A stretch of DNA of 64,000 nucleotides. Origin: Utricularia gibba. Taxonomy: Eukaryota; Plantae; Magnoliophyta. Position 1 is the first letter of the stretch, and each line of letters begins with the position of its first letter. The stretch covers positions 3,100,001 to 3,164,000 of the forward strand of contig NEEC01000007.1 of the NCBI GenBank assembly GCA_002189035.1, written 5' to 3'. The translations under genes were made by a program, and so were the position numbers. The notes under the pieces are model-generated. The model saw only the letters and a list, made by a program, of their open reading frames with translations, ran no database searches and had not been told where the DNA came from. Of this stretch, positions 33,090 through 45,296 are shown one piece after another.

Positions 33090-33470
33090 AAAGAGAATAG
33101 TATTGAATATACTCCTATTACAAATGAGGTGAGTAACATGTCTTCTCTATTGAGTTATGAGGTTATCCGTCAACTAGGGAAATAGATCTATCCCTTGAAA
33201 AGCTACCAATAACTAATTAGTATCCAAGACTCCATATCGCATGGCACCTCGAAAACTGATTGAGCCAAGGAAGCAACTCTATGAACTATTAGATAAGCGG
33301 CACATAAGGTATAGTACATCATTCTGAGGGGCCCCCATCTTATTTCTCTAGTGAGTAAGATGGTAGCTTAAAATTATACTCTTGTAGAGAGCTCAACAAC
33401 GTAATTACAAATAAGTGTCCTTTGATAGATGAGGGTTTATTAGATCAATTGTAAGGAGCTATAGTGTTAT

Positions 33471-34557
33471 TGATGAACGTTTAGAATGAGGTTGCTAAAT
33501 GTCACGGTCTAGCACATTCAACGTATCAAAAGAAATTTATAAACCTAGCTATTCAACTACACAAATCATAGGAATTAATGTAGTGTGAAAAACAAGGGTC
33601 GAATCCACAGGGAATGGTTGCAATTTTTTGAAGTTTATCACATTTACTGAAAACAGGAGGTTTTTTTTTACATCAGGGTCTAGCTCTTGTGTCACTCAAG
33701 AGAGCCCATAGGTTTAAACCTAGCTTTGAAACACTTAAAAACAGAGTAAGAGTTTGCAGAAACAGAGTATGGGTTCATAGGAACAGTAAAAAGCGTGTTA
33801 AACTTAGAACCAAGCATGAAAAGGGTAAACACCAACATGTTCATAAACCGAAATGAGGTCTACAAAGGCTTAATCGTTCACAACAAGGTTCAAGAACATA
33901 ACAGAAAGCGTGAAAATGCATAAAGTAACAATAGTGAGTTCGTCAACGAAATGGAAGTGTTGAAAATGGAAAATAAAGTGTTCAGCAGTTGCTCTCGATC
34001 GTAGATCTGCTGAAAATAGAGTGTCTGGGCGGAAAGACAGTGTAGAAGTGTAGATCTAGAGGTTGCCGGAGACGTTCACCGGAGAAACAAAGTTCTCCTT
34101 GCTCCCGCTCCTCCTACTGTTCGCTGTCTGTGCACTCTACATGCATAGTGTGTCTTCTTTTTTCTCTCTCCCTTTTGCCGCTCAAAAGTAAAGGTAGCTT
34201 CGTCTTTTCCCCAAGCTTCTAGAAGGGAGATCTTTGCTCAAAATCTTATCTTCTCAGAAGGGCGGCTACTTTCGGCGAAAAGTGACTTTTGCACAGCTTT
34301 TCTGCCTCCTTTGACTTGTCAACGCGAAAAATGCACTGCTATAGTACTAGTCTTACCCTGATAAGACTTAAAACACAGACTAGACAAAATATTAGAGTTT
34401 TCGGCTCAATTGTTGCCAATTGAGCCTATTTTCACAATAAACATATTTTGACAGTCTAAATATGCAAAAAAAGACAATTTAGCACATTAAACAACATTTA
34501 ACCTTACAAAACACACTTAAAAACATATATAAAATCACAATAAAAACGGTGTTATCA
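33471..34557 (-). mobile_element. Solo LTR (gypsy, Athila-like termini)
   Basis: TGATGAACG...GTTATCA termini; flanks GTTAT / ATTAT (4/5 TSD); contains GGGTCGAATCCACAGGGA, similar to ATCGTATCCACAGGAAA in the 2592 LTR; flanked on the left by LTR-retroelement-like sequence (33090-33470). Confidence 0.75.
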
Positions 34558-36848
34558 ATTATCTGCATTAGATTTACCCTCATGAAACAAGCTACAATCA
34601 GTTGTATGTAAAATAAAACAACATACAGAAAACCAGTTTTACAAGATGTTATGGACATTATTGGTGCATAGTAATCCCTTTGTATTATTAGTGTAAAGTC
34701 TTTTCTTACTTGTTTAGTAACTTTCTATCAACTTAGTCCAAGTCACCCTAGCTCCAATGAACCTGGTCACCTTTTTTGCCAAACGTGGACAATTTCGTAA
34801 ATGTGTAATATAACCTACTCAAGGGATAAGCATCATCATGATCAGCACCTTAGTATTGTGCTACAACACAAAAGAGAAACAAGTAGATGCACAAATCAAT
34901 AAATGTGATTTTTGGATGACCAGTATTGCATTCCTTTGTAACATAATATTGGCAAATGGATTTGGGTTGGTGCTCAGAAGTCGGGGTAGTTTGAATCTTG
35001 TCCTCTCATTGAGTTGAAGAAAGGGGGTAAAATATAAGTAGTATGAATATTGTGAGTAGAGTTTTCAGTTTTTTAAGGTGAAGTTGGACAACGAACCTAT
35101 TCTAAAATTACTTTGGATGGATGCCTCTATAGAGGTTATTGGTTGTGCCCTAAAACTGTGAGAAAAACTCATACCATATGCATTTTAAAAGTTGGAAACC
35201 AATGAAACAAAATGTGCAACAAACAACCTAAAACTATCTCTTTGTCATAATTCATACCCAAGACCCAAGAGACATGAATCACGATTGAAAAATCCCAACC
35301 AATACCAAAAATTAGGGCTAAGTAAAGTTTTCACACACACCATAAGATAGTTTTCCTAGATATGCATAAGTACACAGCATCCAGATTATATATGAAAATG
35401 ATATATAATATGTGATATGTGGATTTTGGAATACAATGTGGTTTAACCTATTGTTATCTACTAGTAGAATGAGTTTGGAGTCTATAATATTCTTGCAACT
35501 CATCTTTAAATGATTTTTATCAAAAGTAGTTGACGTGTCGGTTGTTTTTAGAATGAGTTTTGCCTCTTTGTTACATGGTCAATGTGGATTCTGGAAGACA
35601 AGTCTCAAAACTATGTTAGTTTGGTTGTTTTTTGTGATATGTGCCATTGGCTTTTAAAAAATGATAAGAGTTGTGTACTATACTTCTAGCACCATGATAT
35701 GATTATGATATTTAATGCTAATAATATCAGACATCTTTGAGATATCCCTATTGATGAGAGCATGTGTGAGGATTAAACTTTTAAAGGCTTTGACTTCTAA
35801 TTTTTTATTTGCTTTCTTTTTACAAACGTCATATTAGGATATCAATTGGTAAACTGGAGGAATTTGAAGTAATTTGAGAGTACGTAACTTTGTGTGCTCG
35901 AGTTTGGGATGCTAGCGGCCATAATTTGAAGTAAATAAGGAGAAATTTGAAATATTTAAGTCTTCAAAACGATCCAATCAGGAGAATGTAAATGTAAGTA
36001 TGTAGCATATGACATATGGCTAGTTTGCATGCAAAAGTTAACTTGAGATATATGGAGATATATATGCTGAGTTTTAGAAGATTTAGAACTCCACAACATT
36101 TTGAAGGGGTAACACCATCAAGAAAACCAAGGAAAGAATTTAAGAGATTTAGAGGTGTTTTAAAATGGGCTAGGAGTTGTAGACGTTTAGGTGATGAATC
36201 TCAAGAAGATGATAAAGAGCATTTAAAAAATAATGAGAATGTTAAACAAATAAATATTTTGGATATCAAGATTATTCTACTTAGACCAATCATAAGGAGT
36301 AAGAAACAATAAGATTAAATTTCACTTGAATCCCTACTCAATAATATTAGGTTAGAAGTTGCATTTAAAACCTTGCCACCAAAGCAACTACTTGAAAATA
36401 TATCTACCTTAGAGATCAAAATTTGTCTTCATCTTTGATGTGTGCTATTGAACATGATAACCTTTACTTTTATTTCATTTGGGCTTAATAATATTAGAGC
36501 TCAAACGTAAAGTATAAATATTTTATAGATGTACTCTTTGTGGGAACTTGTTGGCTTGTTTTAGGAATTTCTTAAAGAATTCTCTATTTTCTCAGTGTTT
36601 GAACACTCTTAACATATCAAGCTCTTTAGCTTGTAGTGCCCAAAGATTATTACTTCTAATTTTTTTTTTCATTTTGAAGTGTGGATCCTAATTTTATCCT
36701 TTCTTTTATAGTGTAGTTGCAAAAGATTCAATTTCTTGAGGATAGATTTAGGTGGATTTCATTCCAAGTGCTAATTTTCCTCATGTTTCGGGGTTACTAA
36801 TGTCTTTAGATTAGAGGGTCACATCACAGAATAGAAGCCCAACCTGTA

Positions 36849-37088
36849 TCAGTCTCTTACGTCTTGGAAAGGGATATCAATGAATTTAATGTGCTCATTT
36901 GAAATTGGATTCGCCAAAATATAATTTGCAGATTGATAGGTACAATGCAAATTTGTGGGCGTGTGAACCGGCTGCTTCAAAGCGTATGATATCCATCGAA
37001 GCTCAATCATTGTAGTTTCCACATTTCTATACTCAGTTTCAATGGTGAAATGAGACATCGTATTTGGCCTCTTAGTCTTCCATGACAC
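36849..37088 (-). mobile_element. Ty1/copia RNase H fragment
   Basis: SWKTKRPNTMSHFTIETEYRNV...LHCTYQSA...ANPISNEHIKFIDI resembles the copia RNase H motifs SWKSKKQ...AEYR...LYCDNQSA...NPVFHERTKHIEI. Confidence 0.8.
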
Positions 37089-37439
37089 TTAGGAACCACC
37101 AATGAAAATGTGATAAACTGTAACACAACATCTAACATCATGTGAGGTGCCCCAATTTGCCTATTTGAAGGCCCTACATTCAGTTTTCACGACCATGAGG
37201 GTAAAGCAGTCCAAAGTTTGACATAGCGAGAAGATGATGAACTAAGAGATTCCAAGCCCTCCATTGCTCGATCTCAGGACATTGCACACACTTGGAAGGT
37301 TGTTGAAATAAAAGAGAGATATGTAGAAGTGCGAATGTCAAGCAGAGTAATTTCCTTTCAAGGCATATTTTTTCAGATCAACAATTGTATACCAAAGCTT
37401 CCAAATATTTTTCTATAAACTGTAGATTAAGTACCTATG

Positions 37440-40133
37440 ATAGGAGTCAACAGGATTCAGGTAGATGAAGAAAAGGTGGAAGCAAACCTCAATTGACCAA
37501 AACCAAAGAACATTAGAGAGTTGTGTGGGTTCCTTGGACTAATACGTTATTATAGACACTTCATTGCCTCATTCAACACCATTGCACCCCCCCCCCCCTC
37601 ATTGCCATGATAAGGAAGGATGATTTCCAATGGACGTAAACAAGAGAGAAAGCTTTAATCAACTTAAAGGAACCCTTATAGTAACACTGATTCTTGCTAC
37701 TTCAAATTTTGATGATTTATTCATATTAGAATGTGATACTTCAAATGGAGGAATGAGAACAATTTTACATCAAGATGGCCAACCCATCACATATTTTAGC
37801 AAAGGATTGATGGGTAGGCACAAAAATCTTGCATCGTATTAGAATGAGCTAGTTGCTATGGTTTATGTGATAAAACATTCGAGACAATACCTATGGGGAA
37901 GACATTTTACGATGAGAATGAATCATAAAAATTTACATTATTTGGGATAGTGATAAACAAAAATTTTGCAACATTGTTAAAATGCGAATTCTTCTATCAA
38001 ATAAATTTATAAACCTAATTCATAACCAATCATATAACAAATATGAGTAGAGTGGATTATGATCAAACACAAGGAGTTATATACTTGCTATATGAAAGCT
38101 AATTCATTCTATTTTTGTTATATTTGAAAACTAAGTCTAACCTAAGAACAATTCAGGTCTACAATAGAATAAAGCAAAGCAATAATAGGTAAATTATGCT
38201 ACTAATTAGAATGAGATAATACAATGTCTTAAAGCTTCCAAGAGTGATATGATCATTACTACAGTTATCTCACTCAATCTGAAAATCAATCATCTAACAA
38301 ATTAAGAGTTCAAGTCTACCTAAACTCTTGTTTTTCATAATTTTTTGTCTTCCTCTAATTAGATTTATTTATGATGAATATTACTATTTCCCTCTCCTAG
38401 TCTATCCTGGTTTATAAGGAATTAGTGTAATTACTAATCTAAGGTGGTCTAATAAGTAATAATCATGCATACTTTCTTCTATCTCAAGACATCAAGTATA
38501 TTTAGCCGCTCATGCTAAAGGAAAATAAAACATGCTCATAATATAACATTAGCAATATCTTCATTTCACAGTTCAACAAGAAGAAAAGAAACATAAACAG
38601 TGATTTGAAATGTAAATAGTTCACGTGAAATGCTGAAACCTTAAAATCTACTCTCGACTAAAATAAGTGTTACTGAATAGAAGAAGTTTTCTAAAATCAA
38701 CTAGGTTCTTCCAATAAAAATTAGTTCTTATTCTCTATAATGTTATGATCTCTGTCCATAGCACATTTCATGAGTTGAGCCCTCAAAACATTACAGAGAA
38801 TAAGAATAGATTTTTATTGGAAGAACATAGCCCAACAAATACAATCCTTTACAAATGAATGAATTATTTCCAATGGAGTAAGTCAAAGCAGCTTCATTCT
38901 AGTGGATTACTCCAATCTTTAAAAATTCCAAAAAGAATCCAAGTGGAAATATCACTTGATTTTAGTGAAGAATTATCACTCTCCAAGGGAAGAATGTCAT
39001 CTTAGTGTTTGTAGACCAATTGAGTAAGTACATATTTCGTACCGCTAACTTATTCTTATAATATTATTTTAGTTGCTAAGTCCTTATTTGAGGAGGAAAT
39101 AGGTTAAATACTCTATTTTTTTAAAAAAATTCATATTAACCTAGTTTTCAAATTTGTTATTATTTTAGCTGAATTGTTGAATATAATTGGTAATATAGAA
39201 TATTACGTAATTATTTTTATATTACCTTAATTAGAGGAGTAAATGGATAAATAAGTCAACTTTTTTATTTACTTTTTATAATATGTACTTTTTGATACAT
39301 AAATATTATTAAAAATGTAATTTATTTTCAGACTTTATGGTTTGAGTTGAAGGTTTAAATTCAGTATTTATACTTTAGGTATAATATAATATTTGGTTTT
39401 TCAAAATCTTAGATATTAAAATAAAGGTTATAATATTAGACGTTAAGGTTTCAATTGAAGATTATGATTTAGATTATTTAACTTTTTAATTTTAGTGTTT
39501 GATTTTGTGATTTAAAGTTTAGAGATGAAAATAAAAGTAGATTTCTTATATAAATGAGTACTACAATAAATTATTAATAAAAATGTAAACAAAGGTAAAA
39601 TACAAAGAAAAAGAATAACTAAGGTAAAATGCCAATAAAAATTGTTAAAAAAGGTAAATAATATATATATATATATATATTAAAAAGTAAGAGATAAATG
39701 AGTGATAAATTTTTTCTGACAAGGGTAATTTACAAAATCACTCCTTATTTGAGAATATCTTTAAACTCCACAAGTTACAAGAGACCATTATAAGTGATAG
39801 AGATGTTACCTTTAGTAGTCTATTTTGGAAAAAAATTGTTTCAACTTTCAAGGACTAAATTGTGCTTCACCATATCATATTATCCTCAAGCCGATAGTCA
39901 AGTTGAAGTAGTTAATAAAATTTTAGAGACATATTTATAGTATTTCACCAATGATAGACCGAGCCACTGGTTCAAGTGGTTATCTTGGGTGCAATATGTA
40001 TATAATACAAGTTATCAGAGCTCCATTGGTATGACACCATTTGAATTAGTTTATAGACGTCTTCCTCCCTTGTTATGTTGCTATGAAGGAGGTGCAAAGG
40101 TGGCACTTGTGGAATTACAGTTAATGGATCGAA
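37440..40133 (+). mobile_element. Decayed Ty3/gypsy pol (RT-RNase H-integrase) with nested insertions
   Basis: GIQVDEEKV...GFLGLIRYYRHFI, FILECDTSNGGM...QPITYFSK (37440-37950); integrase ISLDF...VFVDQLSKY (38900-39050) and VISDRDVTF...YHPQADSQVEVVNK...IGMTPFELVY (39760-40130); LTR-like insert at about 37950-38760. Confidence 0.8.
39093..39743. mobile_element. Mutator-like MITE (651 bp) with perfect 10-bp TSD
   Basis: CTTATTTGAG at 39083-39092 and 39744-39753; ends GAG.../...CTC; AT-rich core; splits the gypsy integrase. Confidence 0.85.
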
Positions 40134-40397
40134 TGATATATCATTTTTATTGTATTTTTTATGTGTTTTTATGAGTCTTTTGTATAATTAAATTTTGGTT
40201 TGAATGCATAATTGTTACATGTTATATATTTATTCAATAAGAATGTGTTTATTGTGAAAATAGACTCAATTTTTATCAATGAGCCAAACTCTCACGTTTT
40301 ATATTGTTGTATTTAAATCTTAAAAAGGTAAGAATTTAATATTGGAAACGTATTTTATGGGTTGAAAAGTCACAAATACAGAAAATCAAGAGAAATG

Positions 40398-40902
40398 TGT
40401 TATGGGTGAAAATCAGCAATGGGATTAGAACCGATCTTTACTTCGTGAAAATGGCTGGATGTTCGATTTCGGGTACGGTTTGAATGTTCGATCTTTATCG
40501 AAATAAAGAGAGGTGAAGACTTTTTATGTAGAAACCGCCAAAGGACGAGAAAACCACGGAGCTACCGGAGCTTGCCGAAGAAAATCTTCACTAGACGGAG
40601 ATGAGGGGAGAAAATACAAGTTGGAAAGTTAAGGATCGAACCCCATTCTCTTCAAGATTTATTCTCTTTATAGAAGAGGTCGATATGACCGAATCCTGGA
40701 ATCTGTAGACACTGGTTGCTTTCTGCACCTATTGTACGCACTGCGACTCTACTCCTGGATAACCGCCGCCTGCTCTTCTATTGCCATAATTCGACTACTT
40801 TTCAGTCTATCCGAAACGGCCACTTCTGACATACCCTGATAGTTATCGGTTTGTCAGCCTGCGACAGGGACCGATTACCTATATCCGATTTATACCCCAT
40901 CA
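40398..40902 (-). repeat. 3' LTR of the Tat element
   Basis: Direct repeat of 53745-54290 with many substitutions and an about 35-bp indel. Confidence 0.93.
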
Positions 40903-41399
40903 TTCATAGAGATTTCATGGGTTGGTTCTGGGTCGGTTCTATGCCAACCCAGAACCGACCCAACTACAAAGACAAAGACCCAGAACCGACCCAGACCCAA
41001 TTAAGAACCGATAGACCCAGAACAACGGTTCTTTATCGGTTCTCGGTCGGTTCTGGGTCCTTACTGGTTCCGGCTTTTACTAAAAACATTGAATTTGAAA
41101 GCTTTCAAACAATATAAGAATAATGTATTTAAAGGCACATAAAGCTTAGAAACACTAGGAAAAATGTTCATACAAATTAAAAGGGCTACGTTTAGTTTTG
41201 ATACAAAAGTAGGGCTATTTCACACATTTGAACACACATGTTTGTAAAAATCACATTGAAAACAAACGTTTCCTGGTATTTAATTGATTTGATGCAAATA
41301 TTTTCATAAATATAATTTTGAAACAAACGTTTGTCAAAACACATTGTTTTCAACACAAATGTTTACAAATAAATCTTCTCAAACACCCCCTTCTCAGAC

Positions 41400-41810
41400 A
41401 CACTCACGATAGATATGGGTGCTTGGAAAATGGTTTCAGGTATCCTCACAACATACTCTCTTAAACTGTCTCAAATACTCTTTCCCAGACACTCGTATAA
41501 GAGAAGTGGGTGCCTACAAATGGTCTTACCCATTTTTTTCAGACACCCACACAATGCATTGTTTTGTAGGTGCAGTCCAACTCTCTTTACAAACACCCTC
41601 TCGAGACACCCACATGAGGGAAGTGGGTGCCTAGAAAACTGTCTCAAATACTCTTTCCCAAACACCCATATAAGAGAAGTGAGTGCCTAGAAATGGTCTT
41701 ACCCACTCTTTCTAGACACCCAGACAAGGCATTGTTTTGTAGGTATCGTCCAACTCTCTTTCCAGACACCCACACGAGACAATGTGGGTGTCTGAAAAAT
41801 GGTCTAAGCA
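41400..41810. repeat. About 173-bp tandem repeat (about 2.4 copies) with GGGTG/CACCC sub-repeats inside the hAT
   Basis: CTGTCTCAAATACTC at 41466 and 41639; GCATTGTTTTGTAGG at 41556 and 41729 (period 173). Confidence 0.85.
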
Positions 41811-42091
41811 TCACACAGAGATAATATGTTATTTATTATATGGTTTAATAAATAACATATTTACATTATTTATATTTTAATAAACATAACCAAGGATCGA
41901 ATTCTTTTGATTTTTTCTCCAAATTAAAACATGATCCGAGTTCAAAAAACCGAACTTCACACTTCAGTGGTAGATAAGCTATCATTAATGTTCTCATCTT
42001 CAATCAGTTCATCTTCAAGCAATGAGATTTGTTCCATATCTGGATCACAAAAAAATAAAATAAGATCAAATTAGGCAATCAGAAAATATTA

Positions 42092-44236
42092 TCAAATAGT
42101 GATAATAAATAATGCTTCAAGCTTACCCTTGATCTCATTCCGTAGCCAATATCTAGTGCACATTAGTGCTTCTAGAATATCTTCCTTCAACCTACTACGA
42201 AGAGTGGTAACAATTTTTCCACCAATACTAAAAGCAGATTCTGATGCTACCGTAGAAATAGGAATAGCTAGAATATCACTTGCCATTTTCCTTAATGTAG
42301 AATAAGTCACATTGCCACTTATCGACCACCAATTAAGCACATTGAAATTTTCCATTCCTTGCATGATCGGCTCTTTGAGATAGTAGTCTAACTCTGATTC
42401 AAGGGGATTTGAAACAATTCTGAATTCTTTAGCAATGAACCGATCATACTTCGACAAAGTGGATGATCCAGATCTACTCATAGTAACCGAACTAGATGCA
42501 AAAACATGGTCAGCCGCCTTCAAAGATGATAAACTCGAAGTAGAAGTATCTAGAGACTTTTATTGTTTTAAAAGATCTCTCACACTCTTCAACACTTCTT
42601 CAATATGAATACTAGCATCTTTGCCATAAATAAAAGGGAAATAGAATTCAATGAGTTTCATCTTGTACCTTGGATCCAAAACCGCAGCAACTCCAAGGAT
42701 TAAATGACAAGTGTCCCAATATTTGGAGAACTTGGCCATCATCTCTTCTGCCATTCAAGAAATGGTCTCATCTGCACTCTTAACCCATTCATTTGGTTGA
42801 ATCTTGATTTCACAAATTGTAGGAAAAAATAAGTTGGTAGTGGGGTGAAGAGTTTGTGAAAACAAGAGAGTAGCCTTATAAAAAATCTCTAATTTGTCAC
42901 AAATCTTACTAGCTTTGAGCCAATCATCTTCAATAGGAAGATCTTTGTATTGCCTTTCTATAAGTGCTACTCGTGGAAACACATCTTTATAAAAAAATAG
43001 CAGTTCGCAGCATCAAATATATCGAATTCCAGCGAGTCTTGCAATCAAGTGCTAGCTTCTTGTCACCATCAATAGCACATTGGTTTGCAGCATGATCAAA
43101 TGTTTCAACTCTCTTTTGTGAAGCCGTCCAAAACACAATACTCCGACAAATTTTTTCAATTGCTCTCTCAATCTTAGACAACCCAACTTCAACAATTAAA
43201 TTCAAAATATGTGCATTACAACGCATGTGAAGTACCTGACCACCAAGAAGCAAATCTTTTGTTGAAAGCTTTAGGAGAATCAATTCCATCATAAGATCAT
43301 TTGTTGAATAATTGTCAACAATAATTGTAGACAACTTCCAATTAATATTCCACTCAATAAGTGATTGAAGCAACACATCTGAAATTACTCCAGCAGTATG
43401 TGGTGAAGGGACAAACAAATATGAAAAGACAACAAGTAAATTGAGAGAAAAATCATAAACAAATCATAATGAAAATACTGCTAAATACATTCACTTATTT
43501 AAATGATATTAAAGGAACCTCAAGATACAACTCTGTAGCTTCCAATCTTCATCAATAAAATGTGCCGTAATTGCCATGCATCCTTTCATATTATGATTGG
43601 CTGTCCACATATCTGTCGTAATTGCCACTCGGTTTTTTGTTTTTTGTAACAATGAATAGCACTTGGATCTGTAACTCAAATACATTTGAGTAGTATCCCT
43701 TCTGAGAGAATGCCGAGAAATCATAGAGAATCCAGGATTCAGGCTTGCACAAATCCGATATGCTCAACCATGACCAATGGATAATTATGTAAAACAACAG
43801 CTTTTGTGAGTTCCTCTCGTGCCACTTTGGGATCAAAGTCAAACTTTTCAATTGCACCTTTTCTTCCAATCTGAAGAATAGATTTTCTAATGTCCACTTT
43901 GACTTTTTTCTTGATACAAGTATTATTGTAATGCTTCCAGAGACTTGAGGTGCCATTGGCTGTTTCTGTAGAAATGGTTCTCTTACAATAATTGCATTCT
44001 GCCAACCATTTTTTTTTCTTGTCATCAAAGAATCTCCTAAAATGATTCCAAATATCTGAACTTCGTTTCCTTGTATTATTGCTTTCAGTCTCCTCTTCAT
44101 TCCCGGCTGAGTCTGCTCCTAATCCAGAAGTATAGTCTTTGTCATTAATATCCGTTCCCAACCCTCTTATATTCTGCTCGTCTTCCATAATTTGTGGTGG
44201 TGTGGAAGATACAATATAATCATAATTTGATGCCAT
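42092..44236 (-). pseudogene. hAT transposase (BED zinc finger, DDE core, dimerisation domain), frameshifted
   Basis: BED: IWNHF...AECNYCKR...GTSSLWKHYNNTC; AITTDMWT; IIVDNYSTN; LHMRCNAHILNL; CKTRWNS; SELDYYL...NWW...STVASESAFS; split over several frames. Confidence 0.9.
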
Positions 44237-45296
44237 CTCCTGAAATCTTACAATCAGAATACACAAAATGAAGCTAAACAACACAAATCTAATACACAAT
44301 TAATAATAAACCCTAAATAGAGCAGATAGAAATCGAATCAGTCAAATCTCAACGACCTATCTCAATGCCTAAACCATAACATGCACGACACCAAGTCAGC
44401 AACATGGAAAATCAAAAGACTTCTCAAATCCACAAACCCAAATCTACATGGCTATCTTCGTCGTTGCAAAGCCCCTACTTCTTTCCACAAATATGGGCCC
44501 CATTGTCATTTAATTATGTAAGTAATAATAATAATAAGTGTTAATAAATAATATGATGAAAACATGCTGAGTAAATAAATAATTATTTACATCCCACAAC
44601 CCAACATTCTTAGTGAAAAAATACTATCGGTTCTGGTCGGGTCTGGATATTTTCCCGTAGACCCAGAACCGACCGGTTCTTCATTTAATGGACCCAAAAC
44701 CGACCCAAACCTAGAACTGGTCAGAACCGACCTGAAAAACTGGGTCGGTTCCGATCGGTTCTAGGTCTGGGTGGGTCTTTTGAACATCTCTAATCATTCA
44801 GCCCCTCTGATTTGCCGATATTGGCCTCTTCAGGGTAAGTCGGTGAATTAGAATCACTGCTATACCGATTTTGGGCATGCCGCTTTCCAATGGGTGAGTC
44901 TAAAGCCAATTTATATCGACTTCCATGCCACGCGTCACCTCCAAGGCGCTCCACATTTTTTCCCGCTCGTTTTGGGCACCTCAAGCGACGCACCATTTCA
45001 TCTTCTGAATTCCCCTCTTATAAATATGTGCTTCTCCAGCCATTTCTTCCTTTTGCTTCTTTTCCTGCTCGCGATATTTCTGTGCTACTCGTTCGCCGCC
45101 GCGTGAACCACTGAAAACTGCAAATTCTTCAGGTATCCGCACCTTCTCCATATCTTTTCTTTGATTCCTGGGTTAGTTCGGCGTTCCGTTAGGTTTTTGA
45201 GATCCTCCTCTCCTCATTTCCGCTCCCCCCTGCAGGTTTTTGTTTTTCCTTTGCCCTCTTTGCAACTTCCTCTCCTCTTCGATTCTCGAAAACAAG

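Larger units (their letters stand above)
40907..44792 (-). mobile_element. hAT (Ac/Tam3-type) DNA transposon, 3886 bp
   Basis: TIRs TAGAGATTTCA / TGAACATCTCTA; perfect 8-bp TSD ATCATTCA (40899-40906, 44793-44800); clustered subterminal AACCGACC/GGTCGGTT motifs at both ends; transposase on minus strand. Confidence 0.95.

Noticed and set aside
40907-41060. Short interspersed repeats resembling a CRISPR array (also 44630-44780 and 41400-41810)
   Set aside because: Irregular spacing, both orientations, eukaryotic context; these are hAT subterminal motifs and a tandem repeat.
41183-41390. Possible Tourist MITE inside the hAT (fifth nesting level)
   Set aside because: Only the right end (CAAACACCCC) is convincing; the left TIR and TSD are not.
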